Shown here: piece by piece, positions 23,854 to 33,395 of the stretch
Numbering within the stretch: the stretch's first letter is position 1
Layout of the letters: every line of letters begins with the position of its first letter
Virus record (IMG/VR): IMGVR_UViG_3300035199_000136
Location: 1-40,487 of that record
DNA: 40,487 nt
Reading direction: 5' to 3' (one strand)
From: a virus
The notes under the pieces: generated by a model
The model's input: only the letters and a program-made list of their open reading frames with translations
What the model was told of the DNA's origin: nothing
Database searches by the model: none
Made by a program: the position numbers and the translations under genes

Positions 23854-24600
23854 CTAGGCGTTCCAGTCACGGTTTGCCTTGACGAGAATGTAATCTACGT
23901 CAAGAGTCTCAATAGCCGCTCCCTTTGCTTCAACACCGACACAAAGGCCAAGGTTGACAGAGGTAGAAGCAGCACCTTCAACGGTCTTTTTCAAGTCACC
24001 GTCAATGTACCAACGAGTGTCACCGTTAGGGGCAACCTCAAGTTTGAGGATTTGCCACTCACCGGCAACAGCATCATCGTCCAGGTCTAATGACGTGGAA
24101 GCTGTAACAGCAGAGGCGGTGCCCCCGTTGTAAACAGCGTGCCAATCTTCGTCATCACTAAGTTCCGCTGACAGGAAGAAACCAACAAAGTCCGAAGCAG
24201 TGTTCGTAATCGTTGCAGTAGCACCCGTAAGGATGTCCGTTTCGATTGAAAGCGTTTCAGGCGCAATGTCTGAAAAGCCAATGAATACCTCTTTAGTATC
24301 GAGGTTTTCCATTTGAACACGAGTTTCAAGAGTAAGGGTTCCACTAAGGGCAACATCAAATGCTGCCTGAGTGCCAACCATCGTAGTGTGGTTGTCTTCG
24401 TTAGTCGTGGTGATTCGACCAGCACCGGAAAGAATCCCGGCAATGGTTGGAACACCGGCGTCTGTTTCAGCATTACCCTGACCACCGACACAGAAAGGTC
24501 CAAGTGATCGGAGTTCAGCCGTGTTAGCGACAGCATCTTCACCATAAAAGTCGTAGAAAAGTCGGATACGTCCCGGCTCTCCTTGTGCATTAATAGCCAT
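23854..24600 (-). CDS. capsid-associated protein (decoration or head-fibre candidate; beta-sandwich composition), 248 aa
   Basis: Immediately downstream of the major capsid gene. SD gaggtaaacaaac. Confidence 0.4.
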   Translation of the reverse strand: MAINAQGEPGRIRLFYDFYGEDAVANTAELRSLGPFCVGGQGNAETDAGVPTIAGILSGAGRITTTNEDNHTTMVGTQAAFDVALSGTLTLETRVQMENLDTKEVFIGFSDIAPETLSIETDILTGATATITNTASDFVGFFLSAELSDDEDWHAVYNGGTASAVTASTSLDLDDDAVAGEWQILKLEVAPNGDTRWYIDGDLKKTVEGAASTSVNLGLCVGVEAKGAAIETLDVDYILVKANRDWNA

Positions 24601-24658
24601 GTTTGTTTACCTCGTCCCCTTACCGATAAGGCGGGTTTGGGACTAATGATTTACTGTC

Positions 24659-25543
24659 CTAAGATGTAGGAGCAGTTGCGTCCGATTTGATTTCGTAGAG
24701 CCAGTTGCCTGAAGAGCGTTCTCCGTAAGCAAACTCGTCCCTGTGAAGAACCTCAGTAGCACCGCCACCAAGTTTCTCGTTACGAATAGTCTTGACCCAA
24801 GGCATTCGAGCCTGAACCAAAATAATCGCACCGTTTGCACCAGATGCAAATACTCCACCTATAGCGTCATCCGCACTGTCAATGCTGATGTTGTCATCAA
24901 CGTGTGCCTGTGCGTTTGCTATAGGAAGGTTAAACGAGTTCTTGAACACGTCGGCTGTAACGCCGCTGGAGATGTCGTAAGTGCCGACACCCGCTACGAG
25001 TTGGTCAAACAGGTCTTTCATCTGGAAGGAGTGAAGCACGAATGCAACAGGCCCGTCCCAAGGCTCACTCGTGTTGCCGCGAATGCGATAAGCAGCGGCT
25101 GCAATGTGACCAGCAGTAAGAGTAGTGCCCGCACCACAAAGAGAAGTGGATGCGCCGTCAAGGACAGTTAGACCGTCCTTGTCTTTCTGTCGTTCAATCG
25201 CATGTTGACCAAGTGAGCCAACTTTCGCAAAAACATTCTTCGAGATGTTTCGGGCTGTTCGGTCTGTTACAACCGTGTGAACCGAAATAATACTCGGAGT
25301 TACTGAGATTGCGCTGTCAGAGAGTTCCTGTGGGTTATCTTCCTCAGTAGTCTCTGTGATTGTTTGTGCAGTCAACTTGGCAAGGTCAATCTCTCGCCAG
25401 TTGTTACCCACGCCTGCTCCAAGCGTTTGCTTGTCAACGACCTGGGTCATTACACCTTTATACTCACGAACCTGTCGAGCCGCACTCACCACCGTTGGGA
25501 GGGAATCGCTCAGACTATCCGTGATAGTAATTCCGGTTGCCAT
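24659..25543 (-). CDS. major capsid protein (HK97-fold candidate), 294 aa
   Basis: Position after the scaffold, appropriate size, and flanking stabilising hairpins. Confidence 0.7.
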   Translation of the reverse strand: MATGITITDSLSDSLPTVVSAARQVREYKGVMTQVVDKQTLGAGVGNNWREIDLAKLTAQTITETTEEDNPQELSDSAISVTPSIISVHTVVTDRTARNISKNVFAKVGSLGQHAIERQKDKDGLTVLDGASTSLCGAGTTLTAGHIAAAAYRIRGNTSEPWDGPVAFVLHSFQMKDLFDQLVAGVGTYDISSGVTADVFKNSFNLPIANAQAHVDDNISIDSADDAIGGVFASGANGAIILVQARMPWVKTIRNEKLGGGATEVLHRDEFAYGERSSGNWLYEIKSDATAPTS

Positions 25544-25562
25544 TTTTTATTTTCCCTTGAAA

Positions 25563-26510
25563 CTAGCCAAGGTTGATTCCCATTGAGCGCATGATCTTGT
25601 TCGCACGGGCATGATCGTTAGAATTGCCCTCTGCGTACACCGTGTTCAACCATTGCTGGTCAGTCACAGTACCACCACGCCCAACGCCACCGTCGAATGT
25701 ATTAGATTCGCCACCGGCAGGAACTTCTGCTCGCCTGGTTTCCGTTTGTTGTTTTCGTAAATTCTCAGCTTCGCCGAGAACCCTTGCCGCCTCTACCAGC
25801 AGAGCGGGATCTGAATACCCTTGGAGCAATGCTCGTTGCGCTTCAGGAACTCCGTGCTGCCTCATCATCTCGTTAACCGAAGCGTTCTTAGAAGTTGTCT
25901 CAGCAGCTTGGTTCGCATACTGAAGCTGCTGTTCGAGAACCTGTGACTTCTGTTCAGCCTGATACGAAGCCTTGGCTGCATTGGCCTGCTGTGTCGCTAG
26001 CCTTTTAGCTGCCGCATCATCGTAGCCTTCTGAAACCAACTGGGTTTCCAGTGATTGTGCATAGCCACGAACTTCCGCATCCAGTACCTGATCTGCGTAA
26101 GTCGTTTGAAGTTGCGATACCTGCTCTCGCAGGCCTTGCACTTCAGATTCTCTTTCAGCATCACGCTGCCTGATGGTTGACTCCCGCTTCGACCACTCTT
26201 CCTGGGTTCTCATTCTCCCAGATTCAGCGGTTTGTTCGGGTAGTTCCCCAGTGTCAGCCGATACTTCTACTTCGGTTGTCTCTGAGGTTTCTTGGGTTAC
26301 GGGTGTACTATCGTCGGAGATTGCTTCGTCGCCAGGACTCTCAACTTCTTCCGTCGCTACTGTGTCCGTTCCTGCTTCTTCCGTTACTTCATCTTTCACT
26401 TCGTCCCAATTATCTGGAACAACAGGTTCGTCCCCTGTAGGGAGGGAATCGTCGATTGCCGGGGAGGATTCATTCTCAGAGGAAGTCTCAACCGTGTTTG
26501 GTGTGACCAT
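25563..26510 (-). CDS. scaffolding protein candidate (315 aa)
   Basis: Acidic N-terminus and a Q/E/A-rich predicted coiled coil, directly upstream of the capsid gene. Confidence 0.6.
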   Translation of the reverse strand: MVTPNTVETSSENESSPAIDDSLPTGDEPVVPDNWDEVKDEVTEEAGTDTVATEEVESPGDEAISDDSTPVTQETSETTEVEVSADTGELPEQTAESGRMRTQEEWSKRESTIRQRDAERESEVQGLREQVSQLQTTYADQVLDAEVRGYAQSLETQLVSEGYDDAAAKRLATQQANAAKASYQAEQKSQVLEQQLQYANQAAETTSKNASVNEMMRQHGVPEAQRALLQGYSDPALLVEAARVLGEAENLRKQQTETRRAEVPAGGESNTFDGGVGRGGTVTDQQWLNTVYAEGNSNDHARANKIMRSMGINLG

Positions 26511-26579
26511 AAAAGTCCTCGTAAAAATATGTAAAGCCTATACAGGCTCCCCCTGAAACCTTATTCAGTTGTAAAAGCA

Positions 26580-26608
26580 ATAGTACCGTTTTCTATCTTA
26601 GGTTGCAA
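26580..26608 (-). promoter_or_regulatory. candidate sigma70-type promoter upstream of scaffold and capsid (TTGCAA-17 nt-TACTAT)
   Basis: Hexamers and spacing read on the minus strand in the 101-nt gap. Each hexamer matches its consensus at only 4 of 6 positions. Confidence 0.25.
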
Positions 26609-26611
26609 TTA

Positions 26612-29600
26612 CTACTGACCGCCAAGTTGTCGCCCAACCCAGGTAGGCTTAGTTGGCTCTGTTGTTGGGATTACATTATCAGCGGCAGCAGGAGCCATAG
26701 TTGCAGGAGTAGAGTGTGCCTCTCTCGCTTTCTGAGATTGAAGAATGCGTTTAGCAGTAGTTGAACCTTTAAGTAGTTCCATAATGCCGGGTGCGTGAAC
26801 TCCTTGGTTCGTGTTACGCATCACGTATTCTTTCTGCTCTTTAGGAAGGCTTACAAGCAACTTGGTTACGAGCTTATTCCACACATCAGGCATGAAGAAA
26901 TCACCAACAATAGCGCTGTCAAAAGTAAGGTTATACGCCTCTAATGCGTCAATATTGGCATCTGTTTCTTCTTCTTTATTCTCGTCAAAATCCATGCGTG
27001 CGCCTGCTGCTAGTCCGACTTTCTGGTTACGAGCGTTTGACTGCGCTTCGTAGTACAAGTCCAATGCGTTACGCCGTGGATCCTTTGGGAACCTCTTATT
27101 GGTAACTATTCCAGCAAGTGGCCCTCTACCAGCAAGACCGTCGATAATGTTCTTTTCCTGACGCAGCCTGGTGTCATCAATTTTCTTAGCTTCTGAGTAG
27201 TACGTTGAAACTTTATCCCCGCCTGCTGCACGTTCTTCGGTGATTGGATCAAGCATCGCAGCTTGACTCCTGCGAGTTTCCCTTTTCTGGTAAGGCTCAG
27301 TATCTTGATACTTCATGCCCCATGTCAGATCAGAAGCGTTATTCAAGTAGTCAAATGCGCCAGCGGGAAAACTGCGCCCACCGACGAAATCAGATATACC
27401 ACGAGCAGCCTTGCCTTGCAATGTGTCATTTGGCCCACCACTAAAGAATGCTGCATTAGCAGTCAGCGGAATGAAGTTCCCGGTAATGATATTTGCCACC
27501 AAGCCCCAGCCTTCACCCATTGGATTACCACCGACATCCTTGCCAAGCAGTAAGTTTATTGGAAGACCTGGAGCAAACGCTAATTGACCACGAATCCAGT
27601 TTACGAAGTTATTACTGCCAAACTCCTTAGTTTCCATGAACCCTTCAGGATCGTTCGCCGCCTTTGCAAGCAAACGCATGTCAGACAATATCTTTGACCC
27701 AGGCCCAACAAGCTGCCCTGCAACTTCCCACAACAAGTATCGAGGGTGAAGGGGGTTTAGTCGTTCCTTAACTCCTTGCCTTATCTTTTGCGGAGAGTCA
27801 CCATCTTCAACCCCCTTAAGAATAGTAATCCCTGCGCCAAGCATCATCATGCCAGTAATCATTTTGAACATTGACTTACGTGCCAAGTCGCCCTTGATCC
27901 CGCCCTGCAACATTGATGAATAGAAAGCAGCCGTGGCTCGACGGTACTGCGATGCAAGCAATATGGCAGATTCTCTTGTTCTGGTTGCTTGGTTTACACC
28001 GATACGAGATGAAGACATTAGCCCTCGTGTATTGTTGATGTAATCATCTATATCTTTCAAAGCCGCAGTATCAAAAGTTCCGTCTGCATTTTTAGCAAGG
28101 CTTTCCAGCCCTTCTGCCATGCTTAATCCAGCCTCGTCAAACGCTGCTTCTGTTGCAATGCGGAACGGTTCAAGTAAGCGTCTTGGGAATGCTTTGGCTC
28201 GTTGCGCTGCGCCTCTAACTGAGAGTGCTTCATTCCATAAATCAGTTGCACCTAGCACACCTTCAGGGTTGAAAGCCTCAGTAAATTCACCGCCACCCAA
28301 CTTCAACGTGCTGTGACGATTTGCCAACTCGCGCGAACGCTGAATACGTGCAGCATTAGATTTAGTGGCTAACTCTGGGCTGACTATTCCTTTTGCAAGT
28401 CCGTCTGCAAAAGCAGCAAGTGCCTTAAGGTAAGCCTTCTTGTGACCAAATGCGGCAATTATCAACTGAATAGTTGCGATAGATGCGTCACCAGCCAGGG
28501 AGAAGTACCTGCTCACACTGTTTGTCTTGGCTACACCAGAAGTCACTGAGCCTACTTCAGTCTTGGCTTGGTTCTTCAATGCTTCTTTTAGGTCAGATGC
28601 TATCTGTTGACCTTCTCTGCCACGAATAAGAATGTTGTGATTCTGGAAGGGAAGTTTTGTTGCATCTTCAAATGTAGACCCTGCTGGAACTGTCTCGAAG
28701 TTTTCCTTTACATACTTCACAAGTGCATCTTCTGCATTTGCATTATAGGCAGCACGTAGTTGGTCACGAACCCGCTGGTCATACGGAACAACGGTATAAC
28801 CGCCCTCCGTTACCTCTTTCATTGTTTCTATGTCACGGGCTTTGCTTGCCGTGCCACCAATATTGCGCCTGGTAGTACCAGCATCTGGTATCTCACGAAT
28901 GGCTATTATGTCGCCAGCCTCGTTGTACTTTGCAGCAATGCCACGGCTGAAGAACAACAGGTTTTCTGTTTCGCTAATTTTTCCAACATCAGCCCCCGCG
29001 CGAACTCTTAGTTCACGCGCTGCGTTACTGAGTTGACGAAGACGGTCAACATACTCTCGCTGTTCAGGGTTCAACTGACGCAAAATCGCAGGGAGTTCTG
29101 CATCGTTCAGTGTCTTCCCTTTCAGGACACCAGCAGTGTCATCTGTAAACCGCCCAAACTCGTCAAGTTTCCCAAACAGTCCTTCTCGTGTCCCTAACTC
29201 GTTTACATAAGACATTGCTCGTTCAACTAAGTTTCGCCCCTCGTCTTTCAACGGATTCAAAATATGACCAAGTCGCTGCCCAATTCGTTGAGCCTTAAGT
29301 GAAGGGTCAGCCTTTCCTAATCGAAGGAACTCACCGACCTTGCGAGGAGTAAATTTGGGCAGGGTAATGTTCTTGCCAATAATAGGTATCCTGAATCCAA
29401 ACGAACCTTCACGGAAAGTAATATCTAACTGCTCGCCAAAATCCGTTAGGTCAGGCAGACCGCCAGGCAGAGGAGAAACCCGCACATCAGCAGGGGCGGG
29501 TGGAACAGTTGGTGGAGGTGTCGTGGCGGCATCAGCCTGCCTTGCAGCAGTAACTGGAATTTCACCCGCCGGTCTACCAGTACCCACGTCATCTATGATC

Positions 29601-32020
29601 GCCTGCTGCTCTGGTGTCAGCCGCCCTCCTGCTGCTAAAACCCTGCGAGCCTCATCAAGTTCAGCCGCCCTAGCAGCAGCCAACGGATCAGTTGGAGCAA
29701 CTCGTTGAACCGGCGTTACCTCTTCAGCCACTTCCCTAGGAGCAGCGTCAGCTTGCCTAGCAGCAACGGGTGGTAGTTGTCCAGCATCTATTGTTGCGGT
29801 ATCTACCAACTCGCGTTTAGTAATATCGTCTATGCGAGATACAAGCCGGTCCTTGATTGCTGCATTTGCACGAATCCACCGAGAGTAAATCTCCTGAAGT
29901 TCGCCTACCTGCCTACCCATATGTTGCAACATGCCTTCAACTTGTGAGAGCGTCAGATGCTCAATGTTTTCTGTAGTGCCAGCCAAGAAATCAATCGTCA
30001 TTCTCTGGGCGGTATTTTCGTCCACAACACCTAATAATTTCTGGGTAAGTTCTTTTTGGTCGGCATTGACCAGCCTCAGTTCTGTTTCAAATAACTCTTT
30101 CCGCTGAAAATCAGGGACTTGTGCGGTTAGTTCGTCAATCTGCTTAAACGCTTCGTCGGGCGATATGAACCCCGGCATTTCAGTCAACCGCTCAAACTCA
30201 TTCCGTACACTTTGTAATTCAGTGTCAGAAAGTGAGCGAAGTTCTCCCCCAGCCCCCCTAGCAGCAACGTCAGCTTGCCTAGCTGGAGTGGTTGGCTGGC
30301 GAACGCCACTGATATCTACGTCGCCGTGAACTTGGATTTCGTTCAAAAAGTCGCCCGATACACGGTCAGTAATGAGCGGAGCATCGGGTAACGTGCGAGA
30401 TGGAACGGCGATTACTTCAACGGATTCAGGCGTTATAAGTCGTGCCTGTGCATCGTCCATAAGTATGATGGGGTCTTGGCGTAAGCCCGGAATTGGCTCC
30501 CCGCCTGTAAACTGCCCTCTTCGGACTGTTTCCCTGCGTGTCAGATAGGCTCGATAGACTTCTACTCGTGACAGGTTTCCTCTTGTGCGCCAGTCTGCTC
30601 CATATATCTTAGAAACTATTTCATCAGCTTCCCCGATTGCTTCAGCAGTTACACCTGCACGTTGAGCGTCTTCGGAGATTATCCGGTTCATAATTACGAT
30701 AGCTTCATCGTCGCTTCCTGCGCGGGCGACTTCACCTATTCTTATGAGTTCTGTGGCTATATCGTCTGCGTCGGTAGCACTAGACGTAAAACTCACAGTC
30801 TCGTTTGCTTGAGTACCACCCAGCCCGCCACCCTCGCCGGTACTGGCACGCAATACGTTACTGTTTCGCACTCGTTGAGAATCTGACGTAACGTGGAAGA
30901 CTGTCTCAGGAAGGTCTTGCTTTGTTCTTATTCGCCCTCTGATAACTCTTCCCTCGTGAAATCTAAAAGGACCTTCCCCCGCTCCCGCTATAGAGATTGA
31001 CGATTCACGACCTTTTGCTGCGTCTTCTGCACTAATGAACACCCTCAATGGACCTTTATCTATATCTTCGGGAATAAAGCGTCCTTGAGTACGCAGTTGC
31101 GGCACAGGATCAAGCACGTTGCCTACGCCAGTGCGACCGATTGCTGCTGCGGCTTGTTCTCCCTTTCGCAAGGCTGCACCAGCACCAGCCTTTGTTCCGC
31201 TTACAGCAGCACGGGCAGGCGCAGTGACAAGTTGTGGAGTACCAACCACAGGAAGGACGTTCAGTGGGTCTAGTAAAGCCGCACCTAGTTCAGCACGATT
31301 AAGATCCCAAAGCCCCTCGCCTGTCACGGGATCACGCTCACCCTGAAGGATTCGCCCCAGCCCCTCAATTGGATTAGATGCTCCTGCGGGGCTTCCCAAT
31401 ATGGTCATATCACTGGCTGCGGGAAGAGACTCCCTGAAAGCGCGAGGGATTGAAGATATTGCCCGCTCAAACGGATTTGTCGCAGCAGCCTGTTCTGCGG
31501 CTAATTTTTCTGCAAATGCACGGTCAAAGGGAGTCTCACGTACAGGTAGCACTTGTCGTGCCATCGCTCCCACCCCGCCACCAAAATCAAAAACAGGAGC
31601 AAGGTCTTCAAGCATCTCAAGGTGTGCGCGTCCAAACGCACCCATGCCTATACCTACTTGTTTTGCAACAGGTCCGATACCGCGCCCTATTGTCTGTCCT
31701 ATGATATTTGTACTTCTCGGAGGAACCGGACGCTGGACATCTACAGACTGTGTGGGCTGCGCTGTCTGAGGTTGCCTGAATCCACCCTGCTCAAAATCTT
31801 GAAAAACCCGTGTAGGCTGCGCTATCTGTGTAGGCTGCGCTACTTGCGGAATTGGTCGGGTCGCATTGAACTCTTGCTCGCTTTGAGCGATGAACTCGGT
31901 GAACTTCTGCGGAGCGGTGGGATCGTCACGCTTCAGACGATATGCGTTCCCTGTTAGATTACGGGCAACGCTGTCAATCTGGTCAAAAAAGTCGTTCCCA
32001 GGAAAAGGAGGCTGTGTCAT
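26612..32020 (-). CDS. giant virion-internal/ejection (tape-measure-like) protein, 1802 aa
   Basis: Uninterrupted ORF between portal and scaffold. Internal AARQADAA and AQPTQ repeats. Hydrophobic helices in the C-terminal half (e.g. MFKMITGMMMLGAGITIL). Confidence 0.5.
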   Translation of the reverse strand: MTQPPFPGNDFFDQIDSVARNLTGNAYRLKRDDPTAPQKFTEFIAQSEQEFNATRPIPQVAQPTQIAQPTRVFQDFEQGGFRQPQTAQPTQSVDVQRPVPPRSTNIIGQTIGRGIGPVAKQVGIGMGAFGRAHLEMLEDLAPVFDFGGGVGAMARQVLPVRETPFDRAFAEKLAAEQAAATNPFERAISSIPRAFRESLPAASDMTILGSPAGASNPIEGLGRILQGERDPVTGEGLWDLNRAELGAALLDPLNVLPVVGTPQLVTAPARAAVSGTKAGAGAALRKGEQAAAAIGRTGVGNVLDPVPQLRTQGRFIPEDIDKGPLRVFISAEDAAKGRESSISIAGAGEGPFRFHEGRVIRGRIRTKQDLPETVFHVTSDSQRVRNSNVLRASTGEGGGLGGTQANETVSFTSSATDADDIATELIRIGEVARAGSDDEAIVIMNRIISEDAQRAGVTAEAIGEADEIVSKIYGADWRTRGNLSRVEVYRAYLTRRETVRRGQFTGGEPIPGLRQDPIILMDDAQARLITPESVEVIAVPSRTLPDAPLITDRVSGDFLNEIQVHGDVDISGVRQPTTPARQADVAARGAGGELRSLSDTELQSVRNEFERLTEMPGFISPDEAFKQIDELTAQVPDFQRKELFETELRLVNADQKELTQKLLGVVDENTAQRMTIDFLAGTTENIEHLTLSQVEGMLQHMGRQVGELQEIYSRWIRANAAIKDRLVSRIDDITKRELVDTATIDAGQLPPVAARQADAAPREVAEEVTPVQRVAPTDPLAAARAAELDEARRVLAAGGRLTPEQQAIIDDVGTGRPAGEIPVTAARQADAATTPPPTVPPAPADVRVSPLPGGLPDLTDFGEQLDITFREGSFGFRIPIIGKNITLPKFTPRKVGEFLRLGKADPSLKAQRIGQRLGHILNPLKDEGRNLVERAMSYVNELGTREGLFGKLDEFGRFTDDTAGVLKGKTLNDAELPAILRQLNPEQREYVDRLRQLSNAARELRVRAGADVGKISETENLLFFSRGIAAKYNEAGDIIAIREIPDAGTTRRNIGGTASKARDIETMKEVTEGGYTVVPYDQRVRDQLRAAYNANAEDALVKYVKENFETVPAGSTFEDATKLPFQNHNILIRGREGQQIASDLKEALKNQAKTEVGSVTSGVAKTNSVSRYFSLAGDASIATIQLIIAAFGHKKAYLKALAAFADGLAKGIVSPELATKSNAARIQRSRELANRHSTLKLGGGEFTEAFNPEGVLGATDLWNEALSVRGAAQRAKAFPRRLLEPFRIATEAAFDEAGLSMAEGLESLAKNADGTFDTAALKDIDDYINNTRGLMSSSRIGVNQATRTRESAILLASQYRRATAAFYSSMLQGGIKGDLARKSMFKMITGMMMLGAGITILKGVEDGDSPQKIRQGVKERLNPLHPRYLLWEVAGQLVGPGSKILSDMRLLAKAANDPEGFMETKEFGSNNFVNWIRGQLAFAPGLPINLLLGKDVGGNPMGEGWGLVANIITGNFIPLTANAAFFSGGPNDTLQGKAARGISDFVGGRSFPAGAFDYLNNASDLTWGMKYQDTEPYQKRETRRSQAAMLDPITEERAAGGDKVSTYYSEAKKIDDTRLRQEKNIIDGLAGRGPLAGIVTNKRFPKDPRRNALDLYYEAQSNARNQKVGLAAGARMDFDENKEEETDANIDALEAYNLTFDSAIVGDFFMPDVWNKLVTKLLVSLPKEQKEYVMRNTNQGVHAPGIMELLKGSTTAKRILQSQKAREAHSTPATMAPAAADNVIPTTEPTKPTWVGRQLGGQ

Positions 32021-32029
32021 TCAGTTCTC

Positions 32030-32362
32030 CTACTGGTTGAATAAGAACCTAGCCGGTGATGCGAAGCGGGAAATACCTGTTCCCATTTGAGAAACAGGGG
32101 CACGTCTGGCACGCCTGCCAAGATTGAAGTCATTGTTTAGAAAATCTGTAAAAGTTGGAGCATCTTGCCCTTGCTGGATTGCACGACCAGTTGCTCCAAG
32201 AAACTCGTTCTGGGCTTGGCTTGCCATGTTTGTAAAGAACGGGCGATTATAGTCGGTTACGAGGCGAGGCTGACGAAACCTGTCCAGAAATGTCTGGAAT
32301 ATCAGGTCACGGCCTTCACGACCTTCTTCAAATATGCCTAGCGGGTTGAATTGCTGTACCAT
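32030..32362 (-). CDS. hypothetical head-module protein (110 aa)
   Basis: Its ATG immediately follows, in frame, the TAG of the upstream gene. Shares an FxxFLN motif with that gene. Confidence 0.65.
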   Translation of the reverse strand: MVQQFNPLGIFEEGREGRDLIFQTFLDRFRQPRLVTDYNRPFFTNMASQAQNEFLGATGRAIQQGQDAPTFTDFLNNDFNLGRRARRAPVSQMGTGISRFASPARFLFNQ

Positions 32363-33382
32363 CTATCGACCGCCAAATATCCTCTTATTCAGAAACTCGG
32401 CAAAAGATAAAGCGCTGGGTTTCGCCTGTCCAGCGTACTGATCGAACCAGTTTCTCCCGCCACCGAATAACTCGGCGCCAACCCCAAGTCGTGACCGTGC
32501 CGCTTGCCGTGCAAGGCTTTCCAAAGTTTGTGCCTGCTGTGCGGTTTGCGGATTTAGTACGTCCTGCTGTGCGGCAGTGAGTCCCAAATAAGGGTCTTCA
32601 AACCCTCCCACGTCCTGACCTGCACCGGGACTTATCCCTCTGGACGCCGCAAGGGCTTGTGCAAACTGCTGCCTTCCAGCCTCGCTTGCTGCGCTTCCGT
32701 AAAGTGGTTGATTCTGAACAAACGAAGCAAATGCTGGTTGAGTCGTGGTTCCTGTAACTTCAGGATCAAAATTTTCTGCCGTGGCTGGGTCAAATATATT
32801 CTGGAACAGAAACCTGTTAAACGTAGGATCATAGGCTCTTTCAAGTGCCCGTCCAGTTAGACCACGAGTGGGAAGACCACGATCCTCAAGCCCTCTGTAA
32901 AACTGCGCCCTCTGAAACTCTAGTTCGTCTGGCGCAAGCGATTCTGTAGGTAAAGAAAGCGGACCTGGGCGTGCCTCTTCGGCAGTAGGTAGAGGCAAAC
33001 CAGTCATGGCCTCAGGACTTGAAAACATTCCCTGACCAGTATCTGAAACAGCCCCTCCACCTACATCCCGACCAACAAAAAAATCAGTCATAAGGGTAGA
33101 ACCAAGACCACTCATCGTGCCGACTACCTTGACACTATGTGCGCCACCTGGCGTCCGCGCAAGCATCTTCGCTCCAGCAGCACCCCGTGCAGTATTTTCA
33201 GTAACAGGCTCACCGATATTGGCAATTACTGCCTGACGCCCATTTTGCTGTGCAAATTCCTCTGCTTGTTGCAAAGCATCACGAACGGCTGTGCGACCTT
33301 CCCTCTCCTGACCTCTTGCAAATACAAGTTCACCCTTCTCTGGTTGTCCGGGGAATCTGAGCCAAAAGGTAAAAACTTGCAT
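32363..33382 (-). CDS. hypothetical head-module protein (339 aa)
   Basis: ORF directly downstream of portal. Confidence 0.8.
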   Translation of the reverse strand: MQVFTFWLRFPGQPEKGELVFARGQEREGRTAVRDALQQAEEFAQQNGRQAVIANIGEPVTENTARGAAGAKMLARTPGGAHSVKVVGTMSGLGSTLMTDFFVGRDVGGGAVSDTGQGMFSSPEAMTGLPLPTAEEARPGPLSLPTESLAPDELEFQRAQFYRGLEDRGLPTRGLTGRALERAYDPTFNRFLFQNIFDPATAENFDPEVTGTTTQPAFASFVQNQPLYGSAASEAGRQQFAQALAASRGISPGAGQDVGGFEDPYLGLTAAQQDVLNPQTAQQAQTLESLARQAARSRLGVGAELFGGGRNWFDQYAGQAKPSALSFAEFLNKRIFGGR

Positions 33383-33395
33383 GACGTACTCTCTT

